Source: an uncultured Planctomycetia bacterium (GTDB taxonomy: Bacteria; Omnitrophota; Gorgyraeia; Duberdicusellales; 4484-171). From it: DNA of 64,000 nt. Of this stretch, positions 1-8,223 are shown piece after piece (the stretch's first letter is position 1; every line of letters starts with the position of its first letter). The stretch lies in contig CAYVYJ010000003.1 in assembly GCA_964455085.1 (NCBI GenBank), forward strand, positions 7,364 to 71,363. Reading direction: 5' to 3'. The notes under the pieces were generated by a model, which was not told the origin of the DNA, searched no databases, and saw only the letters and a list, made by a program, of their open reading frames with translations. Made by a program: the position numbers and the translations under genes.

Positions 1-2
1 AA

Positions 3-314
3 GGGGGGCAAAAAGTAAACAAGACCGCTAGTTGCGTCTATTTAAAACATCGACCAAGCGGCATCGAAGTAAAATGCCAACGTGAGCGTTCTCAAGCCTT
101 AAATAGGTTTTTGGCCCGAAGAATTCTTGTCAATAAAATTGAAAATCGTATCTGCGGCCGATTATCTGCGGAGCAGAAGCGAATTGAGAAAATAAGAAGG
201 CAAAAACGTAAGCGCTCTAAGCGGTCCAAAGAGAAGCTGCAAAAAGATAAAGTAAAACGTAGCCAAAAGAAGATGGCGCGTTCTTATCGACCACATCCCG
301 AGGAGTTAAGTTGA
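3..314 (+). CDS. Peptide chain release factor-like ribosome rescue protein (RF-1 domain, ArfB/C12orf65-like), 5' truncated by the window edge
   Basis: Frame is open from base 3: GGQKVNKTASCVYLKHRPSGIEVKCQRERSQALNR (GGQ motif), followed by a long Lys/Arg-rich C-terminal tail. Confidence 0.85.
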   Translation, partial: GGQKVNKTASCVYLKHRPSGIEVKCQRERSQALNRFLARRILVNKIENRICGRLSAEQKRIEKIRRQKRKRSKRSKEKLQKDKVKRSQKKMARSYRPHPEELS

Positions 315-331
315 TGAAATTGCGCATTTAA

Positions 332-359
332 TTGTATATGTTGAGAAATATGATAAAAT
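332..359 (+). promoter_or_regulatory. Putative sigma70 promoter of the PilZ gene
   Basis: TTGTAT-16 nt-TAAAAT with TG extended -10. Confidence 0.45.
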
Positions 360-378
360 AAGTGGCACAGGAAATGAG

Positions 379-768
379 GTGGATAGCATGAGTTGGGATA
401 AAATTAACCGAAGACGATTCGTAAGGATAAAATTTCCGTTCACGATACATCTCTATTTTCCTCAAGAATCGCCAATCGCCGCGTACACTGAAAATATTAG
501 CGAAGGCGGCCTTAGGGTTACAATTCGCCGAGAACTTAAACTTTCATCTGTAGTTGATTTAGAAATTTACGTAAAATTAAGGCCAGTAAGATGTAAAGGA
601 AAAATTGCCTGGATAAAGAAGTGGGAGAGTAATTATCTTGAAGGTGAAGTTTTCTATGATATCGGATTGGAATTCCAGGGACTGACACCTGGGACTAAGA
701 GCGCAATTAAGGAGCGCCTAGATAGAATCGTAGAGGAAAGACGCAAGAAAGCACAAACCGGCCTTTAA
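379..768 (+). CDS. PilZ domain protein (c-di-GMP receptor)
   Basis: RRRFVR (RxxxR) and NISEGG (D/NxSxxG) motifs. Confidence 0.85.
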   Translation: MDSMSWDKINRRRFVRIKFPFTIHLYFPQESPIAAYTENISEGGLRVTIRRELKLSSVVDLEIYVKLRPVRCKGKIAWIKKWESNYLEGEVFYDIGLEFQGLTPGTKSAIKERLDRIVEERRKKAQTGL

Positions 769-818
769 TCTGGTTTTCGACTTAGATACCTTACCACGAT
801 AATTATAATATTAAAACT

Positions 819-1742
819 ATGAGAAGGTTAAAAAGTGAATTGACTTGGTCATTTTCGAGAAGTCGTCTTTTTTGTGAATGTCGGCGCGCTTACTATTACC
901 ACTACTATGGATCTTGGGGTGGCTGGGAACCTTCTGCTGAGGAGTTAACGCGTCATGTCTACATTTTAAAAAACATTCGTAGTATTGATGCCTGGATCGG
1001 TGATATTGTTCATCAAGTTATTAAATGGGTCTTGGAGAGTAAAGTCGGAGACAATACAACTCTGTTCACGGAAGGCAGAGATATCCCATATGATGAAGCG
1101 AACGCGGCAGTTAAGAAATTATTAATGAAAACCTGGGAGCAGTCACGCAGCAAGGCCTGGAAGAGTAAGGTTAAAGACAATCTCAATCTATTTGAGCACT
1201 ACTACAGGTGTGAACTGGGTCGTAATCAGTTAAAGGTAAAATTAGAGAAAGTACGTAAGAGTATTGATAATTTTTATCACACCGGATTATTGGAAATATT
1301 TTCAAAGTTGCCCCGAGAAAATTTTTTGAGGATTGATCAGTTAGATAGTTTTGATTTTGAAGGAGTAAAGGTGTTTGCAGTTCCGGACTTTGCAGTTTCG
1401 GAGGGTGGCGAATATTTTCTCTATGATTGGAAAACCGGGAAGCAAAACGAAAAGGATATTTGGCAACTATCCTGTTATCAGTATTATGCCGTTAATAAGT
1501 GGGAGGTATCAGCGGAAAAGGTTAAAATAGTCCCGGTCTACCTGACCCAGGAAGAAACTTTGCCCTCACCGATTAAAGCACTGGAACTAGAAAAGGTAAA
1601 AGATTACATTCACCAGAGCTTAAAGAAGATGAGAGATATTCTCATTGATCCTAAGGAAAATATCGCCGACATTAATAATTGCCCTGAAACTACTGAGACC
1701 TGGCGCTGCAAAAACTGTAAATTCCAGGAAATTTGTCGCTAA
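819..1742 (+). CDS. PD-(D/E)XK nuclease, AddB/Cas4-like with putative Fe-S cluster
   Basis: N-terminal SFSRS...ECRRAYY, catalytic-like VPDF...YDWKTG, QLSCY and C-terminal CKNCKFQEIC. Confidence 0.8.
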   Translation: MRRLKSELTWSFSRSRLFCECRRAYYYHYYGSWGGWEPSAEELTRHVYILKNIRSIDAWIGDIVHQVIKWVLESKVGDNTTLFTEGRDIPYDEANAAVKKLLMKTWEQSRSKAWKSKVKDNLNLFEHYYRCELGRNQLKVKLEKVRKSIDNFYHTGLLEIFSKLPRENFLRIDQLDSFDFEGVKVFAVPDFAVSEGGEYFLYDWKTGKQNEKDIWQLSCYQYYAVNKWEVSAEKVKIVPVYLTQEETLPSPIKALELEKVKDYIHQSLKKMRDILIDPKENIADINNCPETTETWRCKNCKFQEICR

Positions 1743-1805
1743 GGGGTCGTTCTGGACTTAGCCAAAATGTGCTGAAGATACAGCTATACATTTCCCTTTT
1801 GTAGT

Positions 1806-3005
1806 ATGAAAAAATTTAAATACAAAGACTTATTTAAAAAATTGGGCTTACTCCTTGCATCCCTGGCTATACTGTTTGTTACCTTGGAATTATTAGCGCG
1901 GTTATTTGATGTCCCTCCATTGCCACCGCTACCTGGTTATTTTAAATTAGATTCTCAAAACAATCATTACCTAACGCCCAGCGGGAAAAGTTTTTTAAAA
2001 GATAAAGAAGATGGCACATTTCGCATATTTATTTTTGGCGGTTCGAGTATAGAGGCACAAAATTTTCAACTGCTCAGAGAATTATTGACTAAAGAATTCA
2101 CTTCAACGCATTTTGAGGTAATAAACGTTGGTATCAGCTCTTACGGAACAAATAGGATAGTGCCTTTTTTGGAAGAGGCGGCTAAATATAGTCCCGATTT
2201 ATTTATAATATATTCGGGCCACAATGAATTCTTGGAACTGTTTCTGCAAGAAAATATTTACGTTAATTCAATGCAATTCCTATATATTGTACATAAAAAA
2301 TTATCAGGATTTAGAGGGTATGCATTCGTATATCAAGTTTTTAATAAGCTCATGGCGAAGCCTGCCATGCAAATGATGGAACCTATTAGAAATATAGTGC
2401 AAATCTGTTGGACTAACCCATTGTCCGATGATAAAAGAGCTTCAATTTACAAACGCTATAAATCGAATATTTACGAAATGATTAATTTTACAATGGCAAA
2501 AAATATAGAGATAGCTATAAGCACGGTGGCGTATAATTATGTAGATGATAGATATGTTTCGCGACTATATTATAGCTCAAAACATAAAAACACCCAATAT
2601 TCTGAAAATCAGGTCGCTATTGAAAATGTATCTGATGAAGAAGTGCTCGAATTAGCTAATAATCCAAAAAAAGACCCTTATATAGAAAACCGCTTAGGAA
2701 AATACTATTTTAAAAAACAGGATTATAATAAGGCCGCGGAATATTTTGTAAATGCTGCACGAGTTGATTTTCAGCCATTTAGAGCAAATGACACTACAAA
2801 CAGTATAATTAGAAACATTTCGAATGATTTGAATATTCTACTCGCGGATGTGGAGCAAGTGATAATCCAGCACTCTAATCATATGATTCCCGATTTTAAA
2901 TTATTCGATGATTGGTGCCATTTAAATAGAGAGGGTAATAGGCTGATGCAGATTACGTTTTTCAACACAATTAAAGAATCCAATAGGTTAAGGTTAAATG
3001 AATAA
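1806..3005 (+). CDS. Membrane-anchored SGNH/GDSL hydrolase family protein with a TPR-like segment
   Basis: N-terminal TM helix; blocks FGGSS, INVGISSYG, YSGHNE and DDWCHLN; visibly more AT-rich than the flanks. Confidence 0.75.
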   Translation: MKKFKYKDLFKKLGLLLASLAILFVTLELLARLFDVPPLPPLPGYFKLDSQNNHYLTPSGKSFLKDKEDGTFRIFIFGGSSIEAQNFQLLRELLTKEFTSTHFEVINVGISSYGTNRIVPFLEEAAKYSPDLFIIYSGHNEFLELFLQENIYVNSMQFLYIVHKKLSGFRGYAFVYQVFNKLMAKPAMQMMEPIRNIVQICWTNPLSDDKRASIYKRYKSNIYEMINFTMAKNIEIAISTVAYNYVDDRYVSRLYYSSKHKNTQYSENQVAIENVSDEEVLELANNPKKDPYIENRLGKYYFKKQDYNKAAEYFVNAARVDFQPFRANDTTNSIIRNISNDLNILLADVEQVIIQHSNHMIPDFKLFDDWCHLNREGNRLMQITFFNTIKESNRLRLNE

Positions 3006-3285
3006 AAAACAATTAATAGTTGCTTGTGTGAGTGTTATTTTATTAGCGATATTTTTAGGATTGAAGACAGGTTTAGTATGGACAACAGTGGTCTCTCAGC
3101 CCGGCCATATTACTAACTCGCGGCATGCAGCACTTTTCTTATACGGCAATCTATTGTTTAGCTCCGATAGCTTTGATTGCCCCAACTTTTTGTGTCCTCT
3201 CTGCGGCTACAAGTATCAGATTATAATCAGCATTCTAACTATAGGTGGTTTATTAATCTATACCTTAAGGAATAAGAAGGAATGA
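2998..3285 (+). CDS. Small two-TM hypothetical membrane protein
   Basis: 95 aa; hydrophobic N- and C-terminal helices; CPNFLCPLC in the loop; overlaps the upstream stop. Confidence 0.6.
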   Translation: MNKKQLIVACVSVILLAIFLGLKTGLVWTTVVSQPGHITNSRHAALFLYGNLLFSSDSFDCPNFLCPLCGYKYQIIISILTIGGLLIYTLRNKKE

Positions 3286-3299
3286 AATCCCCATTCCTA

Positions 3300-3327
3300 T
3301 TGCAAAAAAACAAAACGGTGATATACT
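3300..3327 (+). promoter_or_regulatory. Sigma70 promoter of tRNA-Arg
   Basis: TTGCAA-16 nt-TATACT with TG extended -10. Confidence 0.6.
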
Positions 3328-3369
3328 ACAGTTTCTAGAACACCTTGAAAATAAGGAAGATTTAACATT

Positions 3370-3443
3370 GCGCCCGTGGCCCAATTGGATAGGGCGTTTG
3401 GCTACGGACCAGAAGGCTGCAGGTTCGAGTCCTGCCGGGCGCA
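3370..3443 (+). tRNA. tRNA-Arg(ACG)
   Basis: Cloverleaf with GCGCCCG/CGGGCGC acceptor, anticodon arm TTTGG-CT-ACG-GA-CCAGA and GTTCGAGTC T-loop; CCA not encoded. Confidence 0.95.
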
Positions 3444-3465
3444 TAGTTTTATTTCTTTTAATATG

Positions 3466-3567
3466 TCCCTCGTCGCAGGAGATGCTGGGTAAATATCGAA
3501 GAGATTTACCCAGGGCGACTTCGGGATCAATTCAACTACAGTCCGCCAAAGGCGGACTAAGTTCATT
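3466..3567. repeat. Composite REP-like palindromic element
   Basis: Nested hairpin TCCC-GTCGC-CTGGGTAAAT/ATTTACCCAG-GCGAC-GGGA, then AGTCCGCC-AAA-GGCGGACT; the second part resembles 31205-31239. Confidence 0.6.
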
Positions 3568-3582
3568 GAAGGGGGTAGTCAG

Positions 3583-4056
3583 ATGAAGGTAGTAGTTATT
3601 TATTACTCGCGAGGCGGAACAACCAAGAAGATGGCCGATATAATTGCTGCTCAAATAAAGAAAAACGGCGTGAGTGTCGATATTCTTCCGGTATCAGAAA
3701 TAGAGGCTAAGCAATTACTAGAATATGACGGTATAATTGTCGGTTCTCCTACTTACTATGGAACTTTAGCTGCCCAGATAAAAGAATTATTCGATAAGAG
3801 TGTAGCCTTTCACGGCGAATTAGACGGAAAAATCGGGGCAGCCTTTTCTTCGGCCGCAAATTTAGCCGGTGGAAACGAAACTACAATTTTGAGCATCCTC
3901 GAAGCAATGCTAATCCACGGGATGATCATCCAAGGTGATTATAAAGGTGACCACTACGGTCCGGTAGCAGTAGGTAGTGTGGATGAACGTTGCAGGACTA
4001 ATTGCCAGCGCTACGCCGAAAGATTTGTTAAATTGCTTAAGGAGGTACGATCCTAA
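3583..4056 (+). CDS. Flavodoxin / WrbA-like NAD(P)H:quinone oxidoreductase
   Basis: YYSRGGTTKKMA FMN loop, GSPTYYG, AFSS...GGNETT. Confidence 0.85.
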   Translation: MKVVVIYYSRGGTTKKMADIIAAQIKKNGVSVDILPVSEIEAKQLLEYDGIIVGSPTYYGTLAAQIKELFDKSVAFHGELDGKIGAAFSSAANLAGGNETTILSILEAMLIHGMIIQGDYKGDHYGPVAVGSVDERCRTNCQRYAERFVKLLKEVRS

Positions 4057-4057
4057 A

Positions 4058-4369
4058 ATGATATTAGTAGTTTTGGTTACGGTGCCACAGGAGGAAGCAA
4101 AAACATTAGCCAAAATACTTTTAGAAAAAAGATTATCAGCTTGTGTCAATATTATAAAAGGCCTGGAGTCATTTTTCTGGTGGCAGGGTAAAATTGATAC
4201 CGAAAAAGAATCGCTTTTGATTATTAAAACAACCAATTCTGCTTTTGGGGCACTTAAAAAAGCTATCGTTGAGAATCATTCTTATGAAGTTCCGGAAATA
4301 ATTGCTTTTTGCGTCGACAAGCTGAACCAAGAGTATCAGCAATGGCTGGAAAAGGAAGTGCATGTTTAA
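4058..4369 (+). CDS. cutA: Divalent-cation tolerance protein CutA
   Basis: LSACVNII, SFFWWQG, HSYEVPEII; start moved to ATG 4058, which follows an AAGGAGG SD. Confidence 0.92.
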   Translation: MILVVLVTVPQEEAKTLAKILLEKRLSACVNIIKGLESFFWWQGKIDTEKESLLIIKTTNSAFGALKKAIVENHSYEVPEIIAFCVDKLNQEYQQWLEKEVHV

Positions 4370-5066
4370 AGAATGGCTTATCAGTTTGGGAAACTTTTTT
4401 GTACCCTCGACTTTTCTGGGTCTGGGTGCAAGTTTCCTTGCCGGAGTCCTGGCCAGCTTTTCTCCTTGCATTCTGCCTTTAATTCCGATTACATTAGGTA
4501 TTGTCGGTGCAGTATCCGCGTCGACTAGACTGCGTGGCTTTTTGGTAAGCCTAATTTTTGTCTCAGGAGTAGCCGTAGTTTACACTGCTTTGGGGATAAC
4601 TTCAACTTTGTTTGGTATCTTGTGGGGAAAATTTTTTATTAACCCCGTAACCTACTTAGTTTTAGCAATTGTCTTTTTTATTTTAAGTGCTTCTGCTTTT
4701 GGGTTGATTAGATTAAACCTGCCGGTTTCAACTGGTTCGACCTATAGAGCCGGGAAGAGCCTTATCTCGATTTTTATCCTCGGGATGATTAGCGCTTTTG
4801 CGCTTATCCCTTGTAATTTTCCGGTCTTTGGCGCCATCTTAAGTTTGATCGCTGTCAAAGGAAACATCCTTTATGGGGGGTTGGCGCTTTTTCTTTTTGC
4901 CTTTGGCCAGGGAATGCTCTTGATCATATTAGGTACCAGTACTTCCTTAATTCAACGATTGCCAAAGCAAAGTTTAGGGTTTATAATTATACACAAATGT
5001 ATAGGGTTAATTCTGGCAACACTGGGAGTATACTTTGCGGTAAGATTTATATCTTTGTTAGGATGA
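4362..5066 (+). CDS. ccdA: CcdA/DsbD-type transmembrane thiol-disulfide electron transporter
   Basis: SFSPCILPLIP and IPCNFP motifs; about 6 TM helices. Confidence 0.85.
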   Translation: MFKEWLISLGNFFVPSTFLGLGASFLAGVLASFSPCILPLIPITLGIVGAVSASTRLRGFLVSLIFVSGVAVVYTALGITSTLFGILWGKFFINPVTYLVLAIVFFILSASAFGLIRLNLPVSTGSTYRAGKSLISIFILGMISAFALIPCNFPVFGAILSLIAVKGNILYGGLALFLFAFGQGMLLIILGTSTSLIQRLPKQSLGFIIIHKCIGLILATLGVYFAVRFISLLG

Positions 5067-5515
5067 AAAAAATTATTCTTCTCTTAAGTCTATTCTGTCT
5101 TTCCTTCTCCTGTTTGGCTGCCGAAAAGAAATTCTCCACCCTGGAAGGTGAAACTATTTCCTATGAAAAAATAATTGCCCAGCCAAAGTCAATTCTCTTT
5201 ATCTGGGCTACCTGGTGTCCTAGTTGCCGTCGTGAACTTACCAAGCTTTTTCAAAAGCGTATATTTTTCGAGGGGGTTGACGTCTGGTATGTAAATACCG
5301 GCGAGAGTAAGTCGATAGTGGATGAATTTGTCAAGGTTAAAAAAATAACCGATTCCGTAAAGAAAAAAATTATCTGCGATAAAAAAAGCCGCATTGCTAA
5401 TAAATTCTCAGTTGCAGCCATCCCTACCTATCTTTTCTTCAAAGACAGCGAGCTTGTTTTCAAATCCTACTTTCTTAATGATAATGTACTAAAAAAAGCT
5501 TTTGGCAGCCAGTAG
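5063..5515 (+). CDS. TlpA/ResA-like exported thioredoxin
   Basis: Signal peptide from ATG 5063, WATWCPSC, cis-Pro AIPT. Confidence 0.85.
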   Translation: MKKIILLLSLFCLSFSCLAAEKKFSTLEGETISYEKIIAQPKSILFIWATWCPSCRRELTKLFQKRIFFEGVDVWYVNTGESKSIVDEFVKVKKITDSVKKKIICDKKSRIANKFSVAAIPTYLFFKDSELVFKSYFLNDNVLKKAFGSQ

Positions 5516-5644
5516 AGGAGTTTGGCCGATCAATGCTTAATTTCCTCTAAACGCAAACCCTGCTAATAGTTTCTGTCTCAGCTGCTATCCGACCTAGCTT
5601 TTCGTTGACACCCCTAACTTTTTATGATAATTTAATCACCACTT

Positions 5645-6463
5645 ATGAGTCAAAGAAGAAAAGTCGGTATTATTGGTGTGGGTAATATGGGCTGGGCGAT
5701 TGCAAAGGCCCTGGCAGAAAAAACCCAGTATCAAGTTTTTGTTTACGACAAAGATCCTTTAAAAACCCGCAAACCGGAAAAATTTTCTGTCGTAGGAAGT
5801 ACTTCCAAGTTAATTGCAGCGACTAGCCTAGTAATTCTGGCTATAAAACCTCAGGATATCACCACCTTTCTGGCCCAGAATAAACAATATTTGTTAAGGA
5901 AAAAACCTCTTTTAGTCACGATTGCTGCCGGAATCTCCTTAGAATGGCTTGAGAAACAACTAAAAGGTTTAAGCCTAATAAGGATTATGCCCAATCTCGC
6001 AGCAAGGGTAAGAAAGTCATTCTCGTTTGTTTCCGGAGGCAGATTTACTAAAAAGAAAGATCTCTGCACGGTAAAACAAATTTTTAGCCATATCGGGGAG
6101 GTTGTTATGATTAAAGAGAAATACCTAGATAAGGTTACTGCGGTTACTGGTAGTGGTCCAGGTTATGTCTTTTACTTTATGGAATCAATGTATCAAGGTG
6201 CTCTAAAGTTAGGTTTCAGCAAGAGGAAAGCCAAAAAAATGGTAATCCAAACTTTCTTAGGAGCGATAAAGTTAGCCCAAGTTTCCCAGCAGGAGTTTAA
6301 AACATTAATTAAAGGGGTTACTTCTAAAAAAGGAACCACCGAAGCTGCTCTGAAGGTTTTTAAGTGTTGCCATCTTGATCGAGCCATTGTCAAAGGCATG
6401 AATCATGCTTACAGAAGAGCCAGCGAAATTTCAAACAAACTTGTTAAAAACAAAAAGAGGTAA
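5645..6463 (+). CDS. proC: Pyrroline-5-carboxylate reductase
   Basis: GVGNMG, LAIKPQ, RIMPN, TGSGPGY, VTSKKGTT. Confidence 0.95.
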   Translation: MSQRRKVGIIGVGNMGWAIAKALAEKTQYQVFVYDKDPLKTRKPEKFSVVGSTSKLIAATSLVILAIKPQDITTFLAQNKQYLLRKKPLLVTIAAGISLEWLEKQLKGLSLIRIMPNLAARVRKSFSFVSGGRFTKKKDLCTVKQIFSHIGEVVMIKEKYLDKVTAVTGSGPGYVFYFMESMYQGALKLGFSKRKAKKMVIQTFLGAIKLAQVSQQEFKTLIKGVTSKKGTTEAALKVFKCCHLDRAIVKGMNHAYRRASEISNKLVKNKKR

Positions 6464-6465
6464 TT

Positions 6466-7326
6466 ATGGGAAAAATCGGAATAATCGGGGGAAGCGGTCT
6501 CTATGGCTTAGAAGGGATTAAAGAAAAAGAGGAAGTCGCAATCAATACACCTTACGGTGCGCCTTCGGACCGCTTTTTTATCAGTGAATTAGAGGGTAAA
6601 GAGGTAGTTTTTCTTCCCCGTCATGGTAAGCATCATCAATTTAATCCTTCTTCTATCAACTACCGAGCAAACATTTACGGGATGAAGAAGCTGGGCGTTG
6701 AAAAACTTATATCACTTACCGCATGCGGCTCATTAAAAGAAAGATATCAACCTATGGACTTTGTAATTCCGTTACAGTTTGTCGACAGGACTAATCAAGC
6801 CAGAAAATATACCTTTTTCGACCAAGGAGTTACTGTCCATATTGGGTTTGCTCACCCAGTCTGCCTTGATTTAGCTGGACAGTTAAAACAGGCTGCCGAG
6901 AATGTGGGGGTAACCACCCATTACGGCGGTACTTATCTTAATATGGAAGGGCCGCAGTTTTCTACATTAGCCGAATCAAACCTCTATCGTAGTTGGGGAA
7001 TGGATATTATCGGAATGACCAATATGGCCGAGGCTCGACTAGCCCGGGAGGCTGAGATTTGTTATGTAAGTTTAGCCGCTGTTACTGATTATGACTGCTG
7101 GCATCCGGACCATGACAACGTAACTCTCGATATAATATTAAATAATCTCAAGAATAATGTGGCTAATTCAAAAAAGATACTTACAGAATTTATATCTCTG
7201 GTAACTGACCAACGAAATTGCGGTCATCAGGAGGCTTTGAGGCAGGCAATAGTTACAAGACCTGAGTATATCCCAGCGGAAATTAAGAAAAAATTAGACA
7301 TTATCCTCAGTAAGTACCTAAAATGA
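6466..7326 (+). CDS. mtnP: S-methyl-5'-thioadenosine phosphorylase
   Basis: GIIGGSG, PRHG, EGPQFSTLAES, GMT, VTDYDCW. Confidence 0.93.
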   Translation: MGKIGIIGGSGLYGLEGIKEKEEVAINTPYGAPSDRFFISELEGKEVVFLPRHGKHHQFNPSSINYRANIYGMKKLGVEKLISLTACGSLKERYQPMDFVIPLQFVDRTNQARKYTFFDQGVTVHIGFAHPVCLDLAGQLKQAAENVGVTTHYGGTYLNMEGPQFSTLAESNLYRSWGMDIIGMTNMAEARLAREAEICYVSLAAVTDYDCWHPDHDNVTLDIILNNLKNNVANSKKILTEFISLVTDQRNCGHQEALRQAIVTRPEYIPAEIKKKLDIILSKYLK

Positions 7327-8222
7327 GCGTTTTGGTAGTAGGTTCAATCGGTTTAGATACAATAACCACTCCTTTTGGCAAAGAGAAAAATATCCTTGGC
7401 GGTTCAGCAATTTATTCAGCGATAAGTGCCAAGGTATTCAGCGAAGTTAATTTAGTCGCAGTAGTGGGAAAAGATTTTCCCAGGAAATACATCAATCTAC
7501 TCAAGAAAAAGGGAGTGGATTTAAAAGGTTTAAGGAAGGAACAGGGAAAAACTTTTCGCTGGGAAGGCGAGTATGGCTGGGATTTTTCAAACCCCCGGAC
7601 AATATCTACTGATTTAAACGTTTTTGCCAAGTTTGACCCTGAAATCCCTTCCGCTTACCAAAAGAGTGAATATGTATTTTTAGCTAATATTGATCCTCAA
7701 ATCCAAGCCAAAGTTTTAAACCAGGTAAGCCGGCCAAAAATAGTTGCTTGCGATACCATGAATTATTGGATCGAGAACAAGCTAAAAGCTCTGCTAAAAC
7801 TTCTTAGACGAGTAGATATTTTCCTGCTTAATGAATCGGAAGCCAAGGAATTGACCCAGGAAGTCAATCTGATTAAAGCCGGTAAAAAAGTGCTTAAGTT
7901 AGGTCCCCGGATAGTGATTATAAAAAAGGGTGAACACGGTGTACTTTTATTTGCCCAGAAACATGTTTTTGTCACCCCGGCATATTTACTTGAATCGGTA
8001 TATGATCCTACCGGAGCCGGAGACACTTTCGCCGGTGGATTTATTGGTTATCTGGCGAAATGCCAGCGCTTAAACCAACAAGCCTTAAGAGAAGCGGTTG
8101 TCTACGGGACTATAATGGCCACTTTTGCAGTAGAGGACTTCAGTTTAAGGCGCTTAAAGTCAGTAAGTTTTGTTGATGTCCGCAAGCGACTAAAAGAATT
8201 TAAAAAATTTACTCATTTTTAG
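7323..8222 (+). CDS. PfkB/ribokinase family kinase
   Basis: LGGSA N-terminal motif and DPTGAGDTFAGG signature. Confidence 0.9.
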   Translation: MSVLVVGSIGLDTITTPFGKEKNILGGSAIYSAISAKVFSEVNLVAVVGKDFPRKYINLLKKKGVDLKGLRKEQGKTFRWEGEYGWDFSNPRTISTDLNVFAKFDPEIPSAYQKSEYVFLANIDPQIQAKVLNQVSRPKIVACDTMNYWIENKLKALLKLLRRVDIFLLNESEAKELTQEVNLIKAGKKVLKLGPRIVIIKKGEHGVLLFAQKHVFVTPAYLLESVYDPTGAGDTFAGGFIGYLAKCQRLNQQALREAVVYGTIMATFAVEDFSLRRLKSVSFVDVRKRLKEFKKFTHF

Positions 8223-8223
8223 A

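Noticed and set aside
819-1742. Cas4 / CRISPR-Cas locus
   Set aside because: No repeat-spacer array or other cas genes were seen in the window.
3368-3586. 72-aa ORF in the ORF track
   Set aside because: It overlaps tRNA-Arg and the palindromic repeat, so it is a spurious translation.
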